DNA of 64,000 nt from an uncultured Acidobacteriota bacterium (GTDB lineage Bacteria; Acidobacteriota; Vicinamibacteria; Vicinamibacterales; JAFNAJ01): assembly GCA_963697285.1 (NCBI GenBank), contig CAVONI010000003.1:99693-163692 (forward strand), in the 5' to 3' direction. The notes beneath the pieces are model-generated. The model searched no databases. It was not told the DNA's origin and saw nothing but the letters and a program-made list of their open reading frames with translations. The position numbers and the translations under genes were made by a program. Numbering within the stretch: position 1 is the stretch's first letter; every line of letters starts with the position of its first letter. Below are positions 45,837 to 54,887 of this stretch, one piece after another.

Positions 45837-47009
45837 CTAGAACACCGTCACCAGGCCGATGCTCGCCCGTGTTCCCTGGTACTCGAATTCGCGGCCCACG
45901 TCGACGGTGAGGCGGACGTTGCGCGCGAGGAGGCGTCCCACGGTCGCCGACAGGCTGTGGTACTTCGCGTTCGGATCGTCTGACGTCACCTTGTTGTAGA
46001 GACCCGCGATCGACCACGGCGCGTCGGCGCCGAGCGGCAGGTAGATCAACTCCGCGAAGCCGCCTCGCGTCTCCCAGTCCGACCCGTCGGCAGTCGCCAG
46101 GAACTCGGGGTTGTCGTCGCGCCGCTCGAGGTACTGCAGGTTGAGCTGCAGCCGGTCGCTGAAATCAATCACCGCGTCTGGCCCGATGTAGTAGGTGCGG
46201 TTGCGGACCTCGCCTTCTCCCGCTTCCTTCCCGTAGTAGCCGAACAGGCCGACCCGCCCCTTCGTGAAGGACTTCGCCAGGCGGTAGGCGACGTTCTTCA
46301 GGTTGTCGCGGTCGAAGTTGTCGAACTCGTCGGCCATCTCGATGCCGTTGCCGTTGACGACCTGGAGCACCGACTCGACGCCGCCGGGGAAGTCCCAGCT
46401 GGCGATCAGGCCGCGATCGTACGTGAGATCGACGGCAGCCGCTCCGACATGTGTCTTGAAGATCTGGTAGTCGAAGCGCTCGAGGCGCAGTTCGCGCTTG
46501 AAGAGCGGGTCGCACACCTGGAACTGGCCGACCGTCAGGTTGATCGGAAGCTTGAAGGGCTTGTTGATCTGGATCCAGGCGTCTTCGAGGCCACCGTCGT
46601 GGCCCTTCTCGATGATGTAGTAGAAGTAGTAGGAAAACTGCTTGTTGATCTGCCCACCCGACAGGACCTTGAACACCCAGGGGAACTGCCCGTCGACGTT
46701 CAGTTGCTCGTTCTCGGCGAACGAGGCGTAGCCCTCGAGCCGGATGGCCAGCGGCACGTCGCGCATCAGGCTCAGCGTGGGATCGCCCACATCGAGTGTC
46801 GCGCGTGTCGGTTCCTGGCTGGGATCTTCGAGCCTGAAGCCACGGGCCGCGAAGTCTTCGCCGAACGGCTTGAGCCGTGGCGCCGGCGCGTGGCACGTCG
46901 AGCACGAGAACTGGTACTTGCGGGCGAACGCGGGGATGGCTTCAGACGACGCGACCTGGAGCAGCAGGCACGTCGCCGTGATCAGTGCGATCGAGATTGA
47001 TCGGGACAT
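45837..47009 (-). CDS. outer-membrane beta-barrel protein with N-terminal single CXXCH heme motif (cytochrome-porin fusion architecture)
   Basis: Start MSRSISIALITATCLLLQVASSEA at 47009. The mature N-terminus is IPAFARKYQFSCSTCHAP (one CXXCH). About 340 aa of alternating beta-strand-like sequence ends in ...IGLVTVF. The upstream part of the 717-aa track ORF is out-of-gene junk. Confidence 0.7.
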   Translation of the reverse strand: MSRSISIALITATCLLLQVASSEAIPAFARKYQFSCSTCHAPAPRLKPFGEDFAARGFRLEDPSQEPTRATLDVGDPTLSLMRDVPLAIRLEGYASFAENEQLNVDGQFPWVFKVLSGGQINKQFSYYFYYIIEKGHDGGLEDAWIQINKPFKLPINLTVGQFQVCDPLFKRELRLERFDYQIFKTHVGAAAVDLTYDRGLIASWDFPGGVESVLQVVNGNGIEMADEFDNFDRDNLKNVAYRLAKSFTKGRVGLFGYYGKEAGEGEVRNRTYYIGPDAVIDFSDRLQLNLQYLERRDDNPEFLATADGSDWETRGGFAELIYLPLGADAPWSIAGLYNKVTSDDPNAKYHSLSATVGRLLARNVRLTVDVGREFEYQGTRASIGLVTVF

Positions 47010-47017
47010 GATCGTCC

Positions 47018-48397
47018 TCAGGGCAGGATGGTGAAGGTCGTCGAATGGCTGTTCACCTTCACGGGTTCGGACTCTTCGCGCGGCACCTTCATGTATTCGG
47101 CCACCGATGACACGAGCCGCGAGTAGTAGACGTCGGCCGTCACCACGACAGGGCCGGCCGGCAGGGTGCCCGGCAACCTCCAGGTGTAGGTTTCGCTGCG
47201 GGCCGCGAGCGGTGCGAGCCGATAGTCGGGCCCGAAGCTCGCGGTGGACCACTGCATGATGGTCATGCGGCCCTTCGGATCCAGGTACGGCAGGCGGAAG
47301 ATCCGATCGCCCGCCGGGACCTCGCCGTCGCGCTTGAGACCGGGGAAGTCGGCGATGCCTTTCACCTCGCCGATGTCCTGGTATGCCAGGACGTCTGACG
47401 CGATGGTGAACTCCTCGCCGGCGAAGCCCTTCTTGTCGACCGGCAGGTGATAGACCTGCCCCTTTGCGTCCTTCGCGGTCACGTGGGCCCACAGGACGCG
47501 CTCCTCGGCCGATCCGCTGGGCACCTTGTGGCCGGCCTTGGCATTGACGAAGACGGCGGTGAGCTTCATCGTCTCTCCGGGCTCGGCCTCGCGGACGTCG
47601 GGATGGATGCGCACCTCGATCACGCCCGACAGCTTGCCGGGGTCGTGGGCGCCGTGGAACAGGTGCTGCCGCATGTCGGGCAGTTCCGATCCCATCAGGG
47701 CGCTGCGGGCCGCGGCCGGCGGCATGTGGCAGTCCTGGCAGACGATGCCGGCCTTGCCGTGCGGGCCTTCCTTCCACTCGAGGTGCGTGGCCTTGACCCA
47801 CGTGCCGTACGGGCTCTTCTCGTTGTGGCACGTGCCGCAGAACTCGGCGGTCTTCAGGAAGTCGTTCTTCTGCGTGACGTGGTGCGGGCTCACCACACCG
47901 TCGCGTGGTCCCTGCTTGGTCTTGCCAGGCACCGAGATCCAGTTGAAGTTGAACGGCGTGTCGCCCTCGAACCCCGTGACCGTGTGGCACAGGTCACAGG
48001 TCACCGACTCGTTGGCGCGGCTGTTCGCCGAAGGCAGCGGCGGCGGGACGTCGCCGGCGAGGAAGGCGATGGGCGCATGGCACCCGTTGCACCCGGCCTT
48101 GACGCCCGCGACTTTCGGTTCCTTGTCGGCGTGCGGGACGGCAAGCCCGAAGTACTCGATCTCGTCCCAGTGGTGCGTGTAGGCCTGCGACATCATCGCC
48201 TGCTCGTGCTGCCGCGCGATGTCCTTGTGGCAGGCGGCACAGGCGGCGGGTCGCTCGTACTTGTCGTACGTCTGTGTGCCGAGGGCAGCGTCGCCTGCCT
48301 TGGGCGGACTCTGTGTCGAGACGATTGCGACGCCGAGCAGGAGGAGCAGGATTGCGGTGAAGGCAGTAGCGATGACGGCAGGGACCCTTGGAAGCAT
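47018..48397 (-). CDS. pentaheme c-type cytochrome (membrane-anchored or periplasmic)
   Basis: Five CXXCH motifs (CAACH, CNGCH, CDLCH, CGTCH, CQDCH). N-terminal TM/signal segment, RBS GGGAGG before the ATG at 48397, and a ~200-aa non-heme C-terminal domain. Confidence 0.85.
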   Translation of the reverse strand: MLPRVPAVIATAFTAILLLLLGVAIVSTQSPPKAGDAALGTQTYDKYERPAACAACHKDIARQHEQAMMSQAYTHHWDEIEYFGLAVPHADKEPKVAGVKAGCNGCHAPIAFLAGDVPPPLPSANSRANESVTCDLCHTVTGFEGDTPFNFNWISVPGKTKQGPRDGVVSPHHVTQKNDFLKTAEFCGTCHNEKSPYGTWVKATHLEWKEGPHGKAGIVCQDCHMPPAAARSALMGSELPDMRQHLFHGAHDPGKLSGVIEVRIHPDVREAEPGETMKLTAVFVNAKAGHKVPSGSAEERVLWAHVTAKDAKGQVYHLPVDKKGFAGEEFTIASDVLAYQDIGEVKGIADFPGLKRDGEVPAGDRIFRLPYLDPKGRMTIMQWSTASFGPDYRLAPLAARSETYTWRLPGTLPAGPVVVTADVYYSRLVSSVAEYMKVPREESEPVKVNSHSTTFTILP

Positions 48398-48519
48398 GCG
48401 ACCTCCCAGATCGGTCGCATTCTACTCCTGTCCTGCCGAGCTGGCGGCGCTGCGCAGGAGGACCATCGGCTCGCCTGGTCCGCCGATGTCTCCTGCGCCC
48501 ACGCGCGGTGACGATCGGT

Positions 48520-49092
48520 CTACGGCCGCCGCATCTGCTGTGCGCGTTCGGTCGAGGGCGGCACGATGCCCTTGAGCCGCAGGTAGACCACGCCCGTGCC
48601 GTAGATCTCGTTGCCGTGCGCGATGAGGCCGGCCAGGGCCGCACCCCGCGCGATCTCGTTCTGCCCCTGCTTGATCAATTGCAGGGCGCTTTCATCGGTC
48701 AATGCCGCAAAGGCGTCGTCGCAGAACGCGAACGAATCGGCCAACACCTTCACGAACTCGGCCTTCGTGGTCTTCTTCTCGTTGTCGTTGCCCTGGTTCG
48801 GGTTCGGCACGCCCTTCACCGCCGAACAGGCGTTGAACTGGCTGTTGGCGACGTGCCCGAACAGCTGCCCGAAGGCACGCACCTCGGGCGTCGGCTTGAA
48901 GCCGAACTGGTCTTCGGGCATCTTCTCGGCTTCCTGCGTGAGGTTCATCTTGATGTTCGCGTAGTTCCGCTGCAGGCCGGCCGCCAGCGAGAGCTTCAGG
49001 GGAGCCGCCGGCGGCGTGGCCGGGGGCGTCTGGGCAAAGGCCACGGTGGCAGACAACAGCACTCCGGACACGAGACACGTCGTTCGGGTCAT
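48520..49092 (-). CDS. DinB-family protein with signal peptide
   Basis: AAGGAG RBS before the ATG at 49092. Signal peptide ending AFAQ. DinB-like helix-bundle motifs including FGQLFGHVANS and LIAHGNEIYG (His triad candidates). Confidence 0.75.
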   Translation of the reverse strand: MTRTTCLVSGVLLSATVAFAQTPPATPPAAPLKLSLAAGLQRNYANIKMNLTQEAEKMPEDQFGFKPTPEVRAFGQLFGHVANSQFNACSAVKGVPNPNQGNDNEKKTTKAEFVKVLADSFAFCDDAFAALTDESALQLIKQGQNEIARGAALAGLIAHGNEIYGTGVVYLRLKGIVPPSTERAQQMRRP

Positions 49093-49188
49093 TCCTGTCG
49101 CTCCTTGAAAGCACACACGGGGAAGACGTGACTCTACCGCCGCAGCGACCGCAACGCAATACGGCTGCGCGAGGTGGCGCGGGGCGCC

Positions 49189-50626
49189 TTACAGCTCGTA
49201 CTTCTTCGCGTAGTACCCTGAACGACCGGAACGACATGCCGAGGAGTTCGGCGGCGCGGGTGCGCACGCCGTGGGCGCGCTTCAGCGCCTCGGCGAGGTA
49301 CTCGCGTTCGATCGACTGCACGTGCTGCTCGAGATCGAAGCCGCCCTCTGGCAGCGTCGCCAGGGGCGCGGCGTCGCCGCCGTCGAGCCCGGTCGCGGCA
49401 GGCGGGTTCGCGAGCGCGCGCACGTTGTCGGGCAGGCTCTCGACGAGCACCATCGGCGTGGGCTCGAGCGCCACGGCACGCTCCATCGCGTTCTCGAGCT
49501 CACGGATGTTGCCGGGCCAGGCGTACCGCTCGAGGCAGCGCAGCGCCTCGCTCGAGAGGCCGGTAATCCGCTTGCCCATCTTCGCTGCGAACTCCGCGAC
49601 GAAGTGCTCGGCGAGCAGCCGCAGGTCTTCGCCGCGCTCGCGCAGTGGCGGCAGGTGCATGGGGATCACGTTGATCCGGTAGAAGAGGTCTTCGCGGAAG
49701 CGGCCCTCGGCGACGTCCTTCGACAGGTCGCGGTTGGTGGCGGCGATCACGCGGATGTCGGCGTCGACTTCGTCGGTGGCGCCCACGCGGCGGAACTTGC
49801 GTTCCTGCAGCACACGCAGCAGCTTGACCTGCATGAGCGGGCTCATGTCGCCGATCTCGTCGAGGAACACCGTCCCCTCGTGCGCGACCTCGATCAGCCC
49901 CTTCTTGTTGGTCGCCGCGCCGGTGAAGGCGCCCTTCATGTGCCCGAACAGCTCGGATTCGAGCAGCGTCTCGGTCAGCGCGCCGCAGTTGAGGGCCACG
50001 AAGGCCTTGTCGCGCCTGAGCGACTGCCGGTGGATCGCCTGCGCCACCAGTTCCTTGCCTGTCCCCGACTCGCCGGTGACGAGCACGGTGCTCGACGTCG
50101 GCGCGATGGTCTCGATCATGCGGAACAGCGCGATCATCTTCTCGCTGCGCCCGATGATGGCGTCGAACGCGTGCGTCTGGCCGAGCGCACGCTTCAGCCG
50201 CACGTTCTCTTCACGCAGCCGGCGGCGTTCGAGCGCATTGCGGACGGTGATGCGCAACTCCTCGACGTTGAACGGCTTGCTCACGTAGTCGCACGCGCCG
50301 AGCCGCAACGCCTCGACCGCCGTGGCCGTCGACGCAAAGGCGGTCACCACGATGCCCGCCATCTCGGGATCGTGCTGCTTGGCCGCACGCAGCACGTCCA
50401 CACCGCTCATGTCGGGCATGCGGATGTCGGAGATCACCAGGTCGAAGGGCTGTCGTCCGAGGGCCGCGACCGCCTGCTGGCCCGACTCGGCGAGCGTCAC
50501 GTCGTACCCCTCGCGGCGCAGCATGATGAACAGCAGCTCGCGCATCGAGCGCTCGTCGTCCACGACGAGCACGCGGGGTGCGGCGACGGGAATGTCGGTG
50601 GCGGATTGCGTGAGCGCGGTGGCCAT
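49189..50626 (-). CDS. pilR: sigma-54-dependent response regulator (PilR/NtrC family); the last 9 codons are displaced by one extra base at 49216-49218
   Basis: Receiver domain (VLVVDDERSMRELL...ISDIRMPDMSG), AAA+ domain (GESGTGKELVA, GAFTGA) and Fis-type HTH. After ...LGMSFRSFR the expected YYAKKYEL-stop (TAA at 49189-49191) is in the +1 frame, and the CCC run at 49216-49218 is one base too long. Confidence 0.85.
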
Positions 50627-50637
50627 GAGCGTCGGGG

Positions 50638-52336
50638 TCAGGCAACGTCGGCGGCGACGGCCACCGGCTGCGGGTGCACGAATGGCAGGCGCACCATCAC
50701 GGACGTCCCCTCACCCACCCGCGACGACACACGCACGAGTCCGCCGTAGTCGCTGACCACGCGCTGCACGATCGCCAGGCCCAGGCCCGTGCCTGCCGTG
50801 AAACCGCTCTTGAAGGGCTGGAACAGCGTGTCGCGCGTGGCCTCGTCGATGCCGACGCCTTCGTCTTCGACCGAGATGACGCACGCCGGCGTGAGGCCGA
50901 CGCGCTCGACCTGCAACCGCAGGCGCAACGCGCCGCCGCGCGGCATCGCGCGCAGGCCGTTCGTCGCGAGGTTCCACACGACCTGGCGCATCTGGCCCTC
51001 GTCGGCGTCGTAGCCCGCGTCGACGGGATCGCCGATCACGTCGATGCGGTGATCGGGCCGCCGCTCGGGACTGTTGCGCAGCAAGGCGGCCGTCTCGTCG
51101 AGCACGCGCCGCAGGTCGACACGGTGCAGGTGACGCTTCTGCGGCCGCGCGTACGCGAGGAAGTTGGTGATGGTCTCGTTGAGCCGCTCCGACTCGCGCA
51201 GCACGATGTCCATCAACTGCGCCTGCTCGTCAGACAGCGGCAGTTCGTGGCGCAACAGCTGGATCGAACCGGTCATCGACGCCAGGGGGTTGCGGATTTC
51301 GTGCGCGATGCCGGCGGCCATTTCGCCGATCGCGGCCAGGCGCTTCTGCGCCTGCGCGTCGCGTTCGCGCTGCTTGAGCTCGGTGACGTCCTGGAAGGTG
51401 AAGACGAACCCGCCGTCGCCCTGCACACCCCGCAACGGCGCCGCGCTGATGCCGATCAACAGCCTCGTCCCGTCGTGGCGTGCGAAGTCGTACTCGATGC
51501 GTTGTGCGTCGACCATGCGGGTGGCTGTGCGCCAGCGCGAACTGCAGCACGCCCGGCAACTGCAGCACCTCACACACGTCCCGCCCGCGCGCGTGCGCCG
51601 GGTCGATCCCGGTGATCTGCTGCGCCGCGTGGTTGAAGGTCAGGATCCGCCGGTCGGGGGATGCGGTCGTCAATCCACCCGTGAGCGAGTCGATCACGTG
51701 CTGGTTGAAGGCCTGCAGGTCGGCGATTTCGGTCGACGCCTGCGCGAGCCGGGCATCGGCACTGCGCCAGCCGTCGGCGAGGTGCCCGGTGAGCAGGGCC
51801 ACGGCGAGGAATCCGACACCCGACAGGCAGACGCGGTAGAAGGCCTCTGACGCCGCAGGCAGCGACACGTCCGCGAGGCCATCCGACAGCGGAAGCGCGG
51901 ACGCGGCGCCGGTGTACTGGGCCACGACGATGCCCGCGAACGCCAGGATGCTGAGGCCGGCGACGACGAGGCCGCCGCGCCGGTCCTGGACGATCGCCGC
52001 GCCGACAATGGGCAGCACGTAGAGCCAGGCGAAGAAGCTGTCGAGGCCGCCGGTGGCGACGACGAGCAGCGACACGAGCACGGCGTCGGCCGCCACCTGG
52101 GCGTCGACGATCCACGGCCAGCGACCGACGTAGCGCACCGTCGCGGCGCAGACGCCGGTCACGAAGAACGTGGCGGCGATCAGCACGAAGAACGGATCGA
52201 ACGGCGCGAGCGGCACCGGGCCGTTGATCCTGAGCAGGATGGCCGCCCCCAGCAGGAACGACACCGAGACGGCGCGCAGGCCCGCGAGCCAGAGCAGCTT
52301 CCTGCCGGTCGATGCGGCCTGCGCGCGTTCGTCCAT
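50638..52336 (-). pseudogene. membrane sensor histidine kinase (PilS-like position), frame broken near 51532
   Basis: The N-terminal ~6-TM region plus the PAS start (ORF 51230-52336) and the PAS end plus HisKA/HATPase (AAGIAHEIRNPLASM, NLATNGLRAM, EDEGVGI, GTGLGLAIV; ORF 50638-51573) are in frames offset by one base. Best junction: ...VLQFAL|c51532|RTATRMVDAQRIEY. Confidence 0.75.
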
Positions 52337-52339
52337 GAC

Positions 52340-53561
52340 CTAGGTCAGCTTCGAGATGAGGTCGAAGATCGGCAGGTACATCGAGATCACGATGCCGCCG
52401 ACGACGACGCCCAGGAACGCGATCATGATCGGCTCGAGGAGCGTCAGCAGCCCGGCGACCGCGGTGTCGACCTCCTCTTCGTAGAAGTCGGCGATCTTGG
52501 CGAGCATCATGTCGAGCGCGCCGGTGGTCTCGCCGACGTTGATCATCTGCGTGACCATCGGGGGGAAGACGTTGGTCGCCGACAAGGGCTGCGAGACGGT
52601 CTCGCCGCGCTCGATGCTCGTGCGCGTCGAGATGATCGCGTCCTCGATGATCGCGTTGCCGGCGGTGCGGGCGGTGATCATGAGGCCGTCGAGGATGGGC
52701 ACGCCCGAACTCATGAGCGTCGAGAGCGTGCGGCAGAACCGCGCGACGGCGACCTTGCGCAGGATGATGCCGAGGACGGGCATCTTGAGCAGGGCGCCGT
52801 CGATGACACGCCGGCCGCCCTCGGTGTTGTACGTACTGGCGCAGCGCGAACACCACGCCGACGACGCCCACGATGAGGAGCGGCATGAACGTCACGAGGC
52901 TGTTGCTCAGCCAGATGACGATGCGCGTCGGCAGCGGCAACTGGGCCCCGAGGCCGGCGAACAGCTGCGCGAAGGTCGGGATGACCTTCCACAGGATCAC
53001 GGTCACGACCAGGGCGGCGATCGAGATGACGGCGACGGGGTAGATCATCGCCGACTTCACCTGCGCCTTGAGCTTCACGTTCTTCTCGATGTACGTCGCG
53101 AGGCGCTTGAGGATCGTGTCGAGGATGCCGCCCGCCTCGCCCGCCGCCACCATGTTCGTGTACAGGTTGTCGAACGCGCGCGGGTGGCGCTTCATCGCGT
53201 CGGCCAGCGACGCGCCCGCCTCGACGTCCTCACGGGTCTTGAGAATGACCTGCGCGAAGTACTTGTGCTCCTCCTGCTTGCCGAGGATGTCGAGGCACTG
53301 CACGAGCGGCAGGCCCGCGTCGATCATCACCGAGAACTGCCGCGTGAAGATGGCGAGGTTCTTGGTGGGGATGCCGCGCGCGCGCGCCACGGCCGGCTTG
53401 GCCGGCGCGGCGGTGTCGCGAGCCTTGATCGGCTCGATCTTCGTGACGCGGATCTGCTCGCGCCGCAACTGCGCCATCGCGCCATCGACCGAGTCGGCCT
53501 GGCGTTCGCCGCTGACCGTCTGACCGCTCCGCGTGCGGCCCGAGAATGCGTAGGTTGCCAT
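52340..53561 (-). pseudogene. pilC: type IV pilus platform protein PilC (GspF family), frame broken near 52832
   Basis: Both GspF repeats are present (FTRQFSVMIDAGLPLVQCL... and VARFCRTLSTLMSSGVPILDGL...). Junction: ...FALRQY|c52832|YNTEGGRRVIDGALLKMPVLG. Confidence 0.85.
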
Positions 53562-53582
53562 GCTGCAGTCCTTCTTCGTGCG

Positions 53583-54701
53583 CTACCGGTGCATCGGTGC
53601 GGCGGCGCGGCCGAGGCCCGCGCCTGGCACCACCCCCGACCCGCGGTGGATCATGTCGGTGAGTTCGTCCTTCAACGACGACGCCGACATCGCCGTCTCG
53701 AGCGTGATCTGGCCCGACAGGTACAGCGTCGCGAGGCACTGGTTCATCGTCTGCATCCCGAGCTTCTCCTGCCCGGTCTGCATCGACGAGTAGATCTGGT
53801 GGACCTTGTCTTCGCGGATCAGATTCCGGATGGCGGGCGTGGGCACCATGATCTCGAGCCCGGCCACCCGTCCGGGCGACTTCGCCTTCCGCAGCAGCGT
53901 CTGGCAGACGATCCCCTCGAGCACCAGCGACAGCTGCGTGCGGATCTGCCCCTGCTGGTGCGCGGGAAACACGTCGATGATGCGGTTGATCGTCTGCGAC
54001 GCCGAGTTCGTGTGGAGCGTGCCGAAGGTGAGGTGACCCGTCTCGGCGATCCGCAACGCCGCCTCGATCGTCTCGAGATCGCGCATCTCGCCGATCAGCA
54101 CCACGTCGGGGTCTTCGCGCAGGGCGGCACGCAGGGCCGCCGTGAACCCCATCGTGTCGCTGTGCACCTCGCGCTGGTTCACCAGGCAGCCCTTGTGCTG
54201 GTGGATGTACTCGATCGGGTCCTCGATGGTGAGGATGTGCTCGTTGCGCTCGGTGTTGATCTTGTCGACCATCGCCGCCAGCGTCGTCGACTTGCCCGAG
54301 CCGGTCGGGCCGGTGACCAGGATCAGCCCGCGCGGCCGTTCGGACAGTTTCGCAATCACCGCCGGCAGGCCCAGTTCGGCGAACCCCTTGATCTTCTCGG
54401 GAATGAGGCGGTACACCGCGCCGACGGCGCCGCGCTGGTTGAAGACGTTGCAGCGGAAGCGGCCGATGCCGCGGACGCCGAACGAGAAGTCGAGCTCGCA
54501 GGTCTCCTCGAAGCGCTTCTTCTGCACGTCGGTCATGACGCTGTACGCCAGTTGCTTCGTGTCGGCGGGCGCGAGGTGCGGGAGGTTGAGACGCTGCAGC
54601 TTGCCGTGCACCCGCACCTGCGGCGGCGAGTTGGTCGTCAGGTGCAGGTCGGAGCCCTCCATCTCGACGGTCGTCTTGAGCAGTTCCGGCAGTGAAGGCA
54701 T
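53583..54701 (-). CDS. pilT: twitching-motility ATPase PilT
   Basis: MPSLPELLKTTVEMEGSDLHL..., Walker A GPTGSGKSTT, Asp box, Walker B VVLIGEMRD, His box TGHLTFGTLHTN and AIRNLIRE. Confidence 0.9.
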   Translation of the reverse strand: MPSLPELLKTTVEMEGSDLHLTTNSPPQVRVHGKLQRLNLPHLAPADTKQLAYSVMTDVQKKRFEETCELDFSFGVRGIGRFRCNVFNQRGAVGAVYRLIPEKIKGFAELGLPAVIAKLSERPRGLILVTGPTGSGKSTTLAAMVDKINTERNEHILTIEDPIEYIHQHKGCLVNQREVHSDTMGFTAALRAALREDPDVVLIGEMRDLETIEAALRIAETGHLTFGTLHTNSASQTINRIIDVFPAHQQGQIRTQLSLVLEGIVCQTLLRKAKSPGRVAGLEIMVPTPAIRNLIREDKVHQIYSSMQTGQEKLGMQTMNQCLATLYLSGQITLETAMSASSLKDELTDMIHRGSGVVPGAGLGRAAAPMHR

Positions 54702-54887
54702 CGTGGTTCCCTGGAATGTGCAAGCGCTGCGCCGACGCACGCTGGCCACTCCCCGCCGAGGAATCGACCCGCGGCGCAAGAAGGTGAATGGCTGGGGAGC
54801 CAGGATCCGGCTGGCGATGACGGATCCGTGATCGCGCGGTGGCGTGGGCGCGGAGCCGCACGCTCCGCGGGGCGCCAGCGTGGCCTG

